Shown one piece after another: positions 11,561 to 24,711 of a stretch of 53,031 bases of DNA. A model generated the notes under the pieces. The model was not told where the DNA came from. It ran no database searches and was given only the letters and a program-made list of their open reading frames with translations. The stretch comes from Amoeboaphelidium occidentale. Lineage: Eukaryota. Numbering within the stretch: position 1 is the first letter of the stretch; each line of letters starts with the position of its first letter. The translations under genes were made by a program, and so were the position numbers. Location: positions 1 through 53,031 of the forward strand of contig JALGPX010000081.1 of the NCBI GenBank assembly GCA_023515795.1, read 5' to 3'.

Positions 11561-12863
11561 ATGTCTACGGCCTCTGATTCAGAATTCTCAGAATATTTCG
11601 ACGCTTCCGAGAGTAACTCTGTAAAAATTATAACAAGGGAAAATTCTCCTGAGAGGGTCATATCGTCAGTGGTACCTGAGAGTGATGATTTTGGAGATTT
11701 CTCAACAGTTGACGCAGGAGCAAGCCCGGCATCAGCAATACCAAGCTCGACAGTTCAAAAAGCTGATGATGACTTTGGGGATTTCGATAATGCTAAACCG
11801 GTAGTGCAGAAGGAAGACGACGACGACTTTGGTACTTTTAATGGAACGGAAACAGTAGCGAAGCAAAGCGACGCTGTTAATGTTCAGGCAAGCGATGATG
11901 ATTTCGGGGACTTTTCTCAGACCCAACAGGAAGTTCAGCCGCAGCCTACAGTAGCACAGTCTCAGCCTGTGCAACAGAGTTGGCCTTTGTCTTTTTGTTC
12001 AAAGGAAGATTATGATGAATATTTGCAAAAGGTTTTCTCAGATTCAGATGTTTCCATTCCAGAGGATTCTGTCAGAAAGATTCTACGCCCGCCTGACGTG
12101 GAGCCTTCACGGACTGCAGGAGATTCCGGCGCAGACGAATTCTTTGTGAAGAACTCGGATGATTCGAAATTACCCTATGTCATCAACCCAAAGTTCTCAA
12201 CAGAAAAGTGGTTTCCATTCTTATCAAAGCTGCAATACGATCTTAAACATCCCACTCGGGCTCTGTCAAAGTTCCGATGGAGACGTTCAAACATTAGGAA
12301 ATTTTCCATGATCAGTTTAAACATTCCCTTCAATCTGGATGAGGTACTTTATATTCCGCCTCAAGTTTAATTTCTAGGTTCCTGTAAGTTCTTCGTTTGG
12401 TCCGAGAAACCTGCGCCGGAGCATGTCAAGCTCAGAATTGAATGAGAAACCGAACTCACCAGAACACACCATAAGTGCGACAGAAAGTTCGCCGGCTGTT
12501 GCGGAACGGCCTTCAAGCGTGAATTCAACCATAAGGTCCGCCATATTTTCTGGCAGCAAGACTGATGAATCTACAAACAACTTTTATTTAAATCACATTG
12601 AAGAGCTTCTAGCTGTAAAGGAGAAGGAATTAATGATGAAACCAGAGAAAGAGTTGCTTGAGATGAAGAATCTTTTTGTGAAATGTGTCGAAAGTGCGGA
12701 GAGCTCTTTGAAGCATCACTCTGATGAAAAGAAACGACTAACAGAATCGATATCTCTCAACAAGCAGATGATTGAAGGATTGGTACAACGAGCACAACAA
12801 GCTAGACAAACAAAAAAGGATTCATCTCCAGTTAAAGCATTTTCGTGGCTCAGCATAAAGTAA
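11561..12863 (+). CDS. Laa2/DUF5102- or aftiphilin-like AP-1 accessory protein (intron 12344-12377)
   Basis: Four DDFG(D/T)F gamma-ear-binding motifs; RWRRSNIRKFSMISLNIPFNLDE resembles the conserved W..S.IR....SL..P..LDE block; a 34-nt GT-AG intron links to a C-terminal coiled coil. Confidence 0.65.
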
Positions 12864-12890
12864 ATCTTCAATATCAAACATCACATCCTT

Positions 12891-15800
12891 TTATTTTTTA
12901 CCTCGAGTTCTCTTTGTGCCTCTGGTTGCACCTTTAGCTGCAGGAAGATTTTGTTGTAAAAGAGCAGCAGCAGATCTGCCTCGGCCAATACCACCGGTGC
13001 TTGCTCGTAGTTTCGGAGCTTTTTCAGCAGATTTAACAGCTGGCTTTGCAGGCTCATCAAACGTTATTTTTTTTATAACAGCTCCAGTTTGAGTAACTAT
13101 TACATTGCTTGGTGGTTGAGGTGGTGCCTGTGGAACACCAGTTGATTTATCAGGTAAAGGGGATACCGGCTTGGATTTATCCTCTGGTTTGGTTTCCTCT
13201 TCTGCATCAGTCAATTCGCCGCTTTCATCAGAGTCTTCTTCGTCTCCTTGTGATGGCACATACTCTGAATGAACAGATTCTTCCGGCTCAACCAATTTCT
13301 CTTCAACTAAAAGAGTTTCCTCGGGTATGATCATATCTTGAGTTGGTTCAGAAGCTTGTTCCTCTATGACTTTCTTCTTTAGCGGCGTTGAAGAAACCTC
13401 CCCTTGTATTGAATCCAAAAATTGATCAAGTGTATCTTCTTCCATTTTGTTGGAGTCTTTCTCAGAATCAGGCTTATTTCCAACGATATTTTCAGAAACT
13501 GCAGGATGTTCCAAAGATTCATTTGAATGACCAACAGATTCAACTGCTTGTCTAGAGCTCGCAGCTTCCTCGGCATCCGAAAAAACCAGAGGAATTTCGT
13601 CCTTATTCTTCTCTGTGAATTTCTTGACTACCGACGGTTTGTCTTTTGTCGTTTTATCCGCAACTTGCTCTTTAGGACTTTCCTCTACAACATCAAGTTT
13701 TATCAGCTTTTCACTTGAGCCAGAAACATCAAAACTGTCATCTTCGCGAACACGTTTAGAACTAATACCCCCGACTTCAACTGGTGCACTGTCAATAGTC
13801 TTATTTACACTAACACTGGCACCATTTGAAAATTGCTCAAGTTTTGCCTGAAGTTCAGCCTTTTCTGATTCCAACTTCTTGATAGTCTTATCAGACATAC
13901 TTTGCTTCAGCTTTTCTTTTGTTTCTGCTCGTTTGGTTATGGAAGCAATTTCCTGTGTGTGCTCATCTTTGATAGATTTGATGCTCTTTTCGAACTCGCC
14001 ATGTAGATTCTCCATTTTTGTCTTCAACTCTGCAAATTCTTTGGCCGTCTCGTCGTGCTTGGCTTTCCATCCCTTTCCGGAATTGTAATATCTCATATAC
14101 TTTTCTTCTGCTTCTCTCAGTTTTTCTTCAGCCGCTTGCAGCTTATCTTGTAACTCCTGGATTTGATTACTTTCAGCGGTCGACGCCGCGATTCTCAATT
14201 CAGACACTTCTTTAGCTAGTTGTGTATTGTTTGCGGTAAGATCTTTAAGTTTTGCGGTTAGTACTTCGTGCTCCTTCAATAAATCTGTCATATTTTTGCT
14301 TAAAGACTCATGTTCCTTCATGTATGATTGAATTGTCGAGGTCAATCTGTCAATTTCTCTTTGCTTGGCTGACAACTGCGATGAAAGCTGCTGGTTGTTA
14401 TTCTCTAGTTTCACCAACTCTTCAGGATCGATCTGATTGTACTTCATCAGAATTTGTTCATTTCGCTTCTGCCATTTTTGGTTGTCCTCTTCAAGCAAAG
14501 ATATACGTTCATTCGCGAACTTCAAATCGTTGGCAAGCTTGTTAGCCATTTCTTGAATCTTCAACTTCTCTTCTTTTAATTTCTGTGAAGATTTTTTGCT
14601 TTCTTCTAGAGACGACTCTAGGCGTTTGTTCTCAGACCTCAACGTCTCATTGGACTCACGTAACAAATCCAACTGGTTTAATCTGAATTGAACATCATCG
14701 GTATCGGCTGCAGCACGATCTAATCCAGAGCTGGACATATTGTTTTGGAATTCCTGAAGTTCTAATCGAACGTTGAATAAATCAGATTCCAAACGACTAT
14801 TCTTGATGGTTAAAGACTGATTCTCCAATTCTAAAAGATTCAGATCATTGCGTAATGCATTTAGCACAGTGTTATTAGCAACCCCAGAGTTTCCTGAATT
14901 CAGCAGTTCTCTCTTAATCAAATCATTCTCTTGTTTAACGGCTTTCATTCTTTCATCAAACTCGTCAGATTTCTTCTTAAGTGCTTCCTTCTGCTCCAAT
15001 AAGCTGTTCATTTCAGTTTGGATGGACTTCTTAACCGTATCCAGCTGCTGCTGAAGATTTGAGTTTTCTTGCTTCAACTTAAAGTTTGAGTCTTTAGCTT
15101 CCTTCAATAATTCCAAATTCTTTCCGTGCTTGATAATTTCAGATTCGTAATTGTTATTAGCTTCTTGTGCCAATACAGATTGCCTCTTGAGATCATCCAT
15201 ACAAGTAGCGAGATTATCTTTCAGCGTTTCAATCATTGTTTCTAAGGACTCGTTCTTCTTCTTCAAGTCATCTAAAGACAAGTTCAATTCTTTGATACGT
15301 GCGACATGTGCCTCGCTGATTTCGTTTGCCTCTTTCACCTTTTCAGTCTCTTGCTTCTTCTCCTCCTGTAATACTTTCTTGGCATCTTCACTTTGATTAA
15401 GTTTTTCTTCCAATTCCTTGGCAATATTCGTCAAAGACGAAACTTGGTCTTTCAAGCTAATAATCTCCATGGTGCTAGATTCTGAACTATTGAGAGCTGT
15501 CATTGCAGGGCGCGATCGTATTTTCTCTAGTAATTCTTCTTTTTCTTTAATGACTTTGTTCAACTCCTTTGAAACCTTTTCTTTCTCTTCTTGGTACTGA
15601 TTGTTAAGTGCTTGATAATCTTTCATCAATTGTTCGTACTTGCTGAACAAACTCTTGTATTCAAGAGCACTGACTGAGTTATCTTCAGCTTGCGAGTTTC
15701 TCTGAGAAACAGCTGCTTGAGTATTATTACTTGGACGCTGCGGCGATGACGGACCAGGTTCTTGTAGTCTTGTGTTCAACAATACCATCAATTGATTCTT

Positions 15801-18655
15801 CTCGCGCGACAATTCAGATTTTTCCTCTCTAACTCTCACAATGTCTTGCTCCAGCAAAGAAAGATGTCCTTTTGTGAGTGAAAGGTCATTTTCAATGATT
15901 CTTCTTTGATTGTTAAGATCCTCTAAGCGCAAAAGAGATTGTTTAACTTGCTTTTCCAAGTCTTCATTGGTTTTGGCTAGTTGCGAACGGTCCCTCCTTG
16001 CAATTTCAAGTTCTTTCTCGGCATTCTTTACAGACTCAGTCAAGAATCCGTTTCGTTCTCTCAGCATTTGGGATTCGGTTTCGAATTTCACAGCAGCCAT
16101 TTTGCTTTCTAACAGTTGAGCATTCAATGATGAGACATCTTTCTGAAGATCACGCATCTGTGAAAGAGCATTTTCCTTGTATTGCTCGTATTCTTTTCTC
16201 AGATCTGAATTACCAGAGGTTGAACCAGAATCATGAAGACTTATTTCCATATCTTTAATCTTCTTTTCATATTCTTCTTTAATATTAGTCAACTTGCCTG
16301 TAAAGTCACTAATGTTTGCTTCATATTCCTTAATCTTCTTTTCGTTCAATTGTGAAGAAGATTCGTGTTCTTCTAGCTTCAAACCAAACTCTCTTGTGAT
16401 CTTTAACAATTCTCCATTCTTTTGAACCAATTCTTTGACGTCATCAAACTTAACCAAATTATCATTAATAACATTCAAAGTATCGCTTTGACGGCCATAA
16501 ACAGGGTCTTCCATGTATGCACCAACACCATCTGGCGTCTCACCACTCATTTGTCGAATTAAGTTAGCCAACTGAAACCTCAAAGTATCATTATCTCTCT
16601 GAATGACAACAAAATCTTTCCGCAAACTCTCTAGATCCTGATTTACAATTTCATAATCTCTCTTAACGACATCATAATTGCTTAGAACACTTTCATACTC
16701 ACGCAAGACTAACTTCTTGTCGCTGGTAAGATCTTCGTTTCTAGCTCTAGTAGTATTGACTTCAACCAATAGCTCCTTATTCACTTGCAGCAAATGATTA
16801 TACTCTGTGCGTAAGGCTTTCAGTTCGTTAGAAAACTTGACACAGTTTGAGTAAACCGTTACAAAATTTGATCTATCCCCACCAGGTGAATCCAAATGCA
16901 CTTGTGAAAAATCCCTAATAAGAGGAACAGATTCAGCCTTAAGCCTAGAATTCTCTTCTTTGAGCATTTGGTTCTCCGAATTGATTTTGTTCATTTCAAG
17001 CTCCATTTGATGAACTTTCTGATTAACAACAGAGTCAACAGTTTCCATCTCTTTCGTTAAGCGACTCACTGATTCTTCCTTTTCCTTATTTTTCTTCTTT
17101 AAAGACTCATTCATCTTTCTCAAGGTTGAGATTTCCTCAGTCAAAAAGTCTTCGCGTTTCACAGCATCAGTTTTCTGCTTGATCAATTGCTGCTTAGAAT
17201 CATCAAGCAATTTCTCAACCGACTTTTTGTCCTTCTTCAAAAGCTCAACCGAATTCAAAGCGGAGTTTAACTCAGATGATTTCTGGTTTAATTCGGTGCG
17301 AATCTGAACAATTTCATCGTTATGATTGCGTCTTGCAACGATCAACTCTTCACTCTTTGTCTTTAATTCGCTTTCCATAAATTTCAAATGCTCTTTCATC
17401 AACTCATTTTGTTTACTCACAGAATTGAGACTAAAACGAGCTTCGACACTTCCTTGTTGCTCATTAAATCTTTCCATTTGCAATTCCTTGTATAAATTCT
17501 TGATCTTTGCATTCTCCTTTCGTAATTCTTCCATGTCAGAGTCAAAATTTACCAATGCTTCTTCCTTTGACAAAAGCTTCGTTAAGAGCATCTTCACTTC
17601 GTCCTCCTCTTTCTTCAGCGAGTTTTTTAATTCAAAATTTTCCTTGTTGAGCTGCTGAAGTTCTTCTTGGATTTTTGCAACTTCTGCATGCGCCACAACT
17701 GCAGATGCAGATTTTGCTTTTTGCGCCTCGACTTTAGCCTCTTCTAATTGCTCCGTGAGTTCAATAATCTTTCTGTTTAAATCAGCGACCCTTTTCTCGT
17801 GCTCTTGAGTACGCTGTTCCATCTGAAGATCCAAAAGCATCTTTTCAGACTTTAAAGCGTAGAAATCAGCATTGGGCGCAGGTGTCTCGACAGCTTTTGG
17901 CTTTGTGTTGGAATTGACTGTCGGAAGAGGCGTTCCAAACACGGAAGAAGAAATATTTCTGACTAAATCAGCTAATGGACCCCGCGTAGGCGCAGCACTT
18001 AGACTTTCAGGTTCCATAGTCTCTTCTACTATATCTTCTTCTTCCTCGGAAAAATCAGCGTCCTCCATTTGAACGTCTTCTTCGACAGCCTCTGACAAAG
18101 TCTCCGCCTTCTCAATAATGATCTCTTCAGCCTCTTCAGAACCTTCAAGTTCATCGTCTTCCTCTTCATCTGCGTGTGCATCATCCTCAGCCTCGTTTTC
18201 TGGCTCGGTGATAATCGGCTGAGCAGTGCTTTCGGTATAATCCAAATTGTCCAACTGCTCCACTTCGTCAAGATCCTCTTCAGCTTCAGCAGGACTGACT
18301 AAATCTTCGACTAATGGTGAAGGGGCCTCTGGTGGAGATGGAACTTGGTCCATTTGTTCCTCATCCGCAGGTTGCTGAAAGACGTTTGNNNNNNNNNNNN
18401 NNNNNNAGCAGGACTGACTAAATCTTCGGCTAATGGTGAAGGGGCCTCTGGTGGAGATGGAACTTGGTCCATTTGTTCCTCATCCGCAGGTTGCTGAAAG
18501 ACGTTTGGATTCTTCGTTGGAAGTTCCACATGCTCCGTATCATTATCGGAATATGCCTCTCGTAATGACCTTCGGGTCAGTCGCTTGCTAGGCGTCTTCC
18601 TTGATGGCGAAATTGACTTTGAACGATTCTGTTTCCTTTTCGATTCTCCGTCCAT
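12891..18655 (-). CDS. MLP1: Nuclear basket protein Tpr/Mlp1 (interrupted by assembly gap and duplication at 18288-18507)
   Basis: Very long coiled coil with Tpr/Mlp motifs NLVKFDDVKELVQKNGELL, ANNNYESEIIKH, LDLLRESNETLRSEN, KWQKRNEQILMKY..IDPEE. The N-terminus continues across the N gap. Confidence 0.85.
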
Positions 18656-18699
18656 CGCTTTTCAAGAAACAAATTGAAGTTCTATTCAATCACTTTGGT

Positions 18700-21600
18700 T
18701 TAAACTGGTTGACGTATTAAAGACCTGGCTTTATCCAATATCTCCTTTTTTAAGCGCGGGTAGGAAGGATAATCTTTTAGAATCTTGTGACACACGACAA
18801 TTGCTTCCACATACTTTTTAGATTTTAAGTAGCAATATGCTAGTTTAAACCCTAAAGCGGGATCGTTTTCTCGTAAATGTTTCCAGGCTTGTTCATAAAG
18901 TCCTGCAGCATTCGCATAACTTGCTTCTCTCTCCATCAGAAAGCCAAGACCTTCGAAAGCTTTTGAACATGCCTGATTGTAGCCGATACACAATTTGAAA
19001 CACTCCATCGCAGCGTCAAACTTGGAGTATTGTATTTGAATATCAGCAAGATACAGAAAACATTTTTCGTAGTCTTGAGCAAATTCAAAAGGCCATTCTG
19101 TCTTGATCAAAGATTGAAACACGTTTTTAGCCCTCTGATTTTGTTTCAAAGCTAAGAATGCAGACCCAAGAGCCAGAACTCCTGGCGCAAAATTAGGCTG
19201 CTTCTCTACTAAAGTTTGCATTTCAGGAATAGTTCTTTCAATTTCATTCCTCTGTCGAGAAGCTACAAGAACGCGATGATAGAGTGATTGTTTTAGCAAG
19301 CTGTGACTTTCTCCTTTTAAATTATCACTTAGCAGTTTTTGAGCTATTAAAAGTCCACTATTTGGCTGTAAACTTGAATTTGATGCACTGTCCTCAGGAA
19401 TAGGTGCAGCAGGATTTGTTGCTTCTAGGTAGATATCAATCATGTGTTTCAAAGCAAGTTCTCCATAGTTGGTATCATTCAAACAGTAATGAAAGCATTT
19501 TAATGCTTCAGATGCATCTCTTCTGTGCTTAAGATATATTCCTTTGCAAAACTGATAGCCTCTATGGATCGCTGCTTTTCCAGTATCTCTTGGCATTATG
19601 TAGCTGTCCCTAACAGATGTTTCGCCAGGAGAAATCTGATTTGTTGACGGAACATTTTCATTTGAAGTAGATTTGATCTTCTGAGCATCATACTCTTTGC
19701 TCAAGTAGGCTCCAGATAATCTCTCAATCTTGATGAACAAATTCTCAATGTCTTTGTTAGGTTGAATCGAAGTAAGTTTTCCCAAACTGTTGTAAAGTTC
19801 AATGTAAATCCAAAGAGCTTCAAAGCAGGCGGGATTCTTATCCAAGAACGGTTTCAAATGACTGACAGCACCATTGAAGTTCTTCTGCTTGAATAATATT
19901 TTTGTGTGAATTAGAACGGCATCTTCATTCATAGGATCAGACTTCAAAACTGACGCGCAACAATTCTGAGCTGATGGTAGATCATTCTTTTCTAGATGTA
20001 AGCGAGATAGAGATAATTGAGCCGCATAATTTTGAATGTCATAAGAAATCGCTTCGTTGCAACTTTTGCATGCATGCTCAACTTTTCCTTGCTTGTGATA
20101 CAGTTCTGATATACGAACAGATATGTTGGATAACAGCCGATTACAAGGAAAACCAGCAATATCAACTTCTGGACCAAAGTATTGCGATAGAACATTTGCT
20201 TGAGACACTGCTTTCTTAAGCGCGACCAATGCACTGTCAATATCTCCATTATGACTGTAGATATCAGATAGAAGAATGAGAGCCAGAATTCGAAATATTC
20301 CTTCGTCCAACAATTGAGAGTTCTCATTTTTCATTTCAACTTTGATTAACTCGATCACAGCTTCATTATGTCCAAGTTTCTTTTTTAGAGAAACATAATC
20401 ATAGAACATCATGGACCTTTTGCTTTTCTGTTCAGGCTTCGAAAGGAACTTTTCATAAAATGTTAACGCTTTGTTGAACTTCAAAGATTTCGTCAGGGAT
20501 CTCCCAATTTTGCTTGTAAGTTCTGATTCTTTCTCTGGGAATTTTTGAATCACTTGTTCAAAAATAGTAGTAGCGTCAATGACTTGTTGTACACTAAGTA
20601 AAGCGTCGCCATATAAGATACTGATATCTGCAGACTCCGGAAACTTTTCATATAGTTCTTTATAAACATCCAGGAAAGCCTTTGTATCGTTTCCGTTCTT
20701 TAGAAGAATCTTTGACTTTTTCACCATGGCTTGCTTGAAAACTTGAAAGGCTGATGGACCATCATATTTAACAGTCTCAAGTAGCTCAACAACTTTTCTC
20801 CAATTTTTCCCGTTTGAAGAGTGAAGTTCGATGTCTGCTTGCTTCATAATCAGAAGAGGCTCTTCGGTTTTACTTGATCGTTGAGCTTTACCCGCTGCTT
20901 GCAGTGTGGCCTCTGCTGCTTTTAAATCATTCTTCAACAATAATAAGTCAACTTTCTCGAGTAAAATGTAAAACATGTCGTCTCTTTTTTCTGCACTTAG
21001 TACCTTTTCGGCTTGATTTTCATCTTGCGGAGTGGAAGAAATCATTAGAACAGCAGTATTGATGCATTCAAGCGATTCGTCAAATCTACTACAGTCTTTG
21101 TATGCAAAGGCTCGTACAAAATAATACTTGACGCTGTTCCTTGCTGCAAAATTCAAGCTCAAACATGAATCCAAAAATTGGATTGCAGCCTTCGGTTGCA
21201 TAGCTTTCAGAAGCAGTTCAGCTTGAAGCAAGAATGCTTCTATGTCTGAAGAATCTGCTTTGATGCATTGATGTACAAGACTTTTAGCTCCAGCATAGTC
21301 GTTGTTCAGTATTTTAATCTTTGCAGAAATCAAAAGCAAATCATTCCAGCCTGGAACAAACCTCTCTAAATCTTTCACAATATCTTTCATCAAGACAACC
21401 AGGTCATCAGGAGCATAGTATTCTGAGAAACTGATTCGATTATACTTAAGACATGTATTCAATATGAAGCAGACTAGAGAAGGATTCAATTGATTGTAAG
21501 CACCAAATTCGACTTGCATTCTAGAAATCTCCGCTTCGAAATCCAGTAAAGAAGCTTTCAAATACTTTAAATCCTTAGTATCCATAAACTGCAGGAAGTG

Positions 21601-22899
21601 TGCTATTCCTGTGCGTCCAGACCTTCTACGCGCTTCATGCAAGACATTTATGTCTTGTTCAAATGCATTCATCATTTCCCCTTTAAACAAATTACATAAT
21701 AGTTTACCCTCTAAAGCATCAGCATTACTAGGATCTTTCTTCAAAACAGTTGAATAAACTTCCTCTGCTTTCTGCAGAGCATTGGGTTGATTCTTGTAAG
21801 TTTCTGCTTTAGCGATGAGATATTTAGCCGCGAAAGGTTCAGCCCCATTGAGTGTCACTTGATCCAGAATCTGTTTTAGACAGGAATAGAAATTCTTGGA
21901 TTCTTTTGTCCACATTTTAGCCAAATTCCGAACAATATGAATCCTCAATTCTGCGTTATTTGGTTCCAAGTCTTGTAACATTGTCATTATAATCTGCACT
22001 TGTTGTTCTGCGGCGCTGATATTAGACTGCTTGCACAAGTTGTACATGCAAAGTGCTAGAATAGAATCCAAATGATATTTTGTAGTGTTGGGTTGAGCAT
22101 TCAGTAAAACTTTTGAATCACCAAGCAATTCGACATGTGCAGCGTTCAAATCCGAAGAAGCTTCAAGAATGGAATCCCATTGGCCACAACTTGCAAGTAT
22201 TTTCAATCGGAGTATTAGCAATGCGATTGTCTGTGGCTTTTTCTCCGTATACTTGTTGACCAATTTCAAAGCTTCTTCCGAAGTACCAACATCGTAAGCC
22301 GCACTGACGTGATTATAATAAACCCAAAGATTACTCGATTCCTTCTCCAGCAATTTTGCAACTTCATGGTTTAGAGAAGAGATATCGTTTGTCTTTAATT
22401 GTAACCGTAGAAGCAGAGCCTTCATTGATGTTACACAGTGTTCTTTACTGGCCTGATGTGCCTTCAATCCTTTAGTAATTAACTTCACAGTTTCATCCTC
22501 ACTATGGAATATAAGAGAGAATAGCACAGCCTGAAACCAAGCAACTTCACTCAAATCACTGCGATCCATCAGAACACTCTCAAGTCCTTGTTGATTCTGA
22601 TCCTGGCCAGCTTTACCACCACTACTACTTTGTCCCATCAACTGATTAGCCTTCAATAAAGCCATCTTACATGATAACAATAAATCCCTCTTGTTTTCCA
22701 ATGTCTTCAATACTCTAACAGCTTCATGTAAACTTCCTTCTATAAACATCGTTGATACAGCTTTCCAGAAACTAATAACAGAATCTGAACCATGCTTTTC
22801 CATCACTGCATCTGCATACAATTGTGCATGTTTGTAGTACTTTGACTGTAAATAGTGAACAATCGTCAAAACATGTGACTCCAGACTATTGTCATCCAT
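18700..22899 (-). CDS. TTC21B: Tetratricopeptide repeat protein 21 / IFT139 (IFT-A complex)
   Basis: ~1,400-aa TPR protein; N-terminus IVHYLQSKYYKH; C-terminus CSKAFEGLGFLMERE...ALGFKLAYCYLKSKKYVEAIVVCHKIL..YP.YPRLKKEILDKAR matches TTC21. Start taken at MDDNS. Confidence 0.9.
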   Translation of the reverse strand: MDDNSLESHVLTIVHYLQSKYYKHAQLYADAVMEKHGSDSVISFWKAVSTMFIEGSLHEAVRVLKTLENKRDLLLSCKMALLKANQLMGQSSSGGKAGQDQNQQGLESVLMDRSDLSEVAWFQAVLFSLIFHSEDETVKLITKGLKAHQASKEHCVTSMKALLLRLQLKTNDISSLNHEVAKLLEKESSNLWVYYNHVSAAYDVGTSEEALKLVNKYTEKKPQTIALLILRLKILASCGQWDSILEASSDLNAAHVELLGDSKVLLNAQPNTTKYHLDSILALCMYNLCKQSNISAAEQQVQIIMTMLQDLEPNNAELRIHIVRNLAKMWTKESKNFYSCLKQILDQVTLNGAEPFAAKYLIAKAETYKNQPNALQKAEEVYSTVLKKDPSNADALEGKLLCNLFKGEMMNAFEQDINVLHEARRRSGRTGIAHFLQFMDTKDLKYLKASLLDFEAEISRMQVEFGAYNQLNPSLVCFILNTCLKYNRISFSEYYAPDDLVVLMKDIVKDLERFVPGWNDLLLISAKIKILNNDYAGAKSLVHQCIKADSSDIEAFLLQAELLLKAMQPKAAIQFLDSCLSLNFAARNSVKYYFVRAFAYKDCSRFDESLECINTAVLMISSTPQDENQAEKVLSAEKRDDMFYILLEKVDLLLLKNDLKAAEATLQAAGKAQRSSKTEEPLLIMKQADIELHSSNGKNWRKVVELLETVKYDGPSAFQVFKQAMVKKSKILLKNGNDTKAFLDVYKELYEKFPESADISILYGDALLSVQQVIDATTIFEQVIQKFPEKESELTSKIGRSLTKSLKFNKALTFYEKFLSKPEQKSKRSMMFYDYVSLKKKLGHNEAVIELIKVEMKNENSQLLDEGIFRILALILLSDIYSHNGDIDSALVALKKAVSQANVLSQYFGPEVDIAGFPCNRLLSNISVRISELYHKQGKVEHACKSCNEAISYDIQNYAAQLSLSRLHLEKNDLPSAQNCCASVLKSDPMNEDAVLIHTKILFKQKNFNGAVSHLKPFLDKNPACFEALWIYIELYNSLGKLTSIQPNKDIENLFIKIERLSGAYLSKEYDAQKIKSTSNENVPSTNQISPGETSVRDSYIMPRDTGKAAIHRGYQFCKGIYLKHRRDASEALKCFHYCLNDTNYGELALKHMIDIYLEATNPAAPIPEDSASNSSLQPNSGLLIAQKLLSDNLKGESHSLLKQSLYHRVLVASRQRNEIERTIPEMQTLVEKQPNFAPGVLALGSAFLALKQNQRAKNVFQSLIKTEWPFEFAQDYEKCFLYLADIQIQYSKFDAAMECFKLCIGYNQACSKAFEGLGFLMEREASYANAAGLYEQAWKHLRENDPALGFKLAYCYLKSKKYVEAIVVCHKILKDYPSYPRLKKEILDKARSLIRQPV

Positions 22900-22971
22900 A
22901 TCAAAGAAGTTGTAACAAACGGGAAAAACTCTCATCGTTTTTAATTCTATTCACCAATATCGCTTCAGAAA

Positions 22972-23605
22972 TCACCTTTCTCCCTCCTCTTCTGAACTTT
23001 CCTCTTCTGATTTTATCGTGATGCGACACACCAACATTATCAAATCTTCTTGAGTACTACGCTGACGACTCAATCTCTTTACAAATCCCATTACACCTTC
23101 TTCCTTATAAATTATAACCAATTTGTTATCACTAGGACAAATACTTAGTAAATGCTCATCTTGACTCATATACACCAAATCCCCACCACTTTCCGGTTCC
23201 ATCATAGTCCCACTGAAATAATAAACCAACTCCAAACACTCTCCCTTCTCCATAAAATCATGACACAGAGTATAATCTCCTCCTCTAAACTGTTTCCATT
23301 CAAAGCAAATAGAAGCAGGCTCAAAGTACGCAATATCCTGCAACCATAAACGAAAAGTATCACTTGTTAGCTTTTCTTGAAATTCCTTCAACACCGAATT
23401 AGGAGTAATTTCCAGACAACTCTGAACATTAGCAGGACCTTTTTCCACACATTCAGACTCTTTAATATTCTTCAATAACTCCAAGTGCATTTCCCCATCC
23501 AGAAACCCTTGCAATTCAATACATGATTCTTCACCAAATACTTTCTGCATCTTCTTGATATTCTTCTTATTACGATACGCCTTATTAATCCATTCCAAGC
23601 TAATC

Positions 23606-23642
<37 letters not shown>

Positions 23643-24219
23643 CTAGTGTTTTGAATTTAAAACACTCCTGCTTGGATTCTACAACAACTACTTTAGGCAA
23701 AGAAGTAAATTCAGCAGCAGGTAATGGACCATAGAACCATCCTGTAAGAGATACACGCAAATGCTCATCACTCAACACTTCACTAACACGATGATAAGAA
23801 TAAGGCGTAACTTCAAATAAGGCAATCCTGTTCCATTTAGGCACTAAACTAGCAGCAACTTCCAAAGACGCACTTCCATCTTTCTCATTTACTTTTAATA
23901 ATTCTAACTCACCACCCTGTTTCTTAGAATCCCATTTCTCATCACACAAGTAAATAATGAATGCAATACGCCTACCAACAACAACACCAACAACAACATC
24001 ATCATCATCAACCACTAATGAATTAGAATCTTCTTCTTTACCACTTTGATGTATATCATCATCATGACATTCAAGATAACCACCCTGAGAGTAAATCTGT
24101 CCTGCAATATTCAATTGAGATTCCAATAACTCAATCCCAGTCAGAGCAGAAATAAACTCTGTAAACTCTGATGAACTCAAATGCGAGTAAAGCATCTTCA
24201 AAGTACTTTCCGTCATCGT

Positions 24220-24263
<44 letters not shown>

Positions 24264-24576
24264 TCGTCATCGTCGTCATCATCTTACTCAAATCCTCAGT
24301 CTGCACAAATTCATATAAATCATTACTCTTTTGATAGAATTCACAATCCAATAATTCATCCTTAACAGAATCCAGATAATCTTCATTAAAGTAATTCTCT
24401 ATAATCAAAACAGGAAATGCATCCTTACAAGCCAACACGTTAATTCTAACATCTTCTTCTTCTTCTTTTGTTATAATGAAATCTTTACAAGTGTTGTTAC
24501 GGAATGCATCGCGTATTAGAGTGACGTCATCTTTAGCATTCTTCAAAGTATCCAAAGGAATATTTGAAAGTTGCAT
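22972..24576 (-). CDS. OGFOD1: Prolyl 3-hydroxylase OGFOD1/Tpa1/Ofd1 (2OG-Fe(II) dioxygenase)
   Basis: FYQKSNDLYEFVQT; iron ligands LECHDD and SYHRVSEV; RRIAFIIYL; PKWNRIALFEV; RVSLTGWF; second degenerate domain GDYTLCHD. Confidence 0.9.
23606..23641. repeat. (TTA)n microsatellite encoding poly-Asn in OGFOD1
   Basis: Read directly from the sequence. Confidence 0.9.
24211..24281. repeat. Coding (GTC/ATC)n microsatellite encoding a Met/Thr run in OGFOD1
   Basis: Read directly; a shorter version occurs in the duplicate at ~24781-24830. Confidence 0.9.
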
Positions 24577-24711
24577 TCCTTCTATTCTTTTCTGTTGGTG
24601 ATTGTTGATTCAGAGAGAAGAAAAAAAGGAAAATCAATTCTTCTTCTTGTTCTTGTTCTTCTTCTTCTTCTTCTCAAAACAAAATGGTGGTGGACATGAA
24701 AATTATTCTGN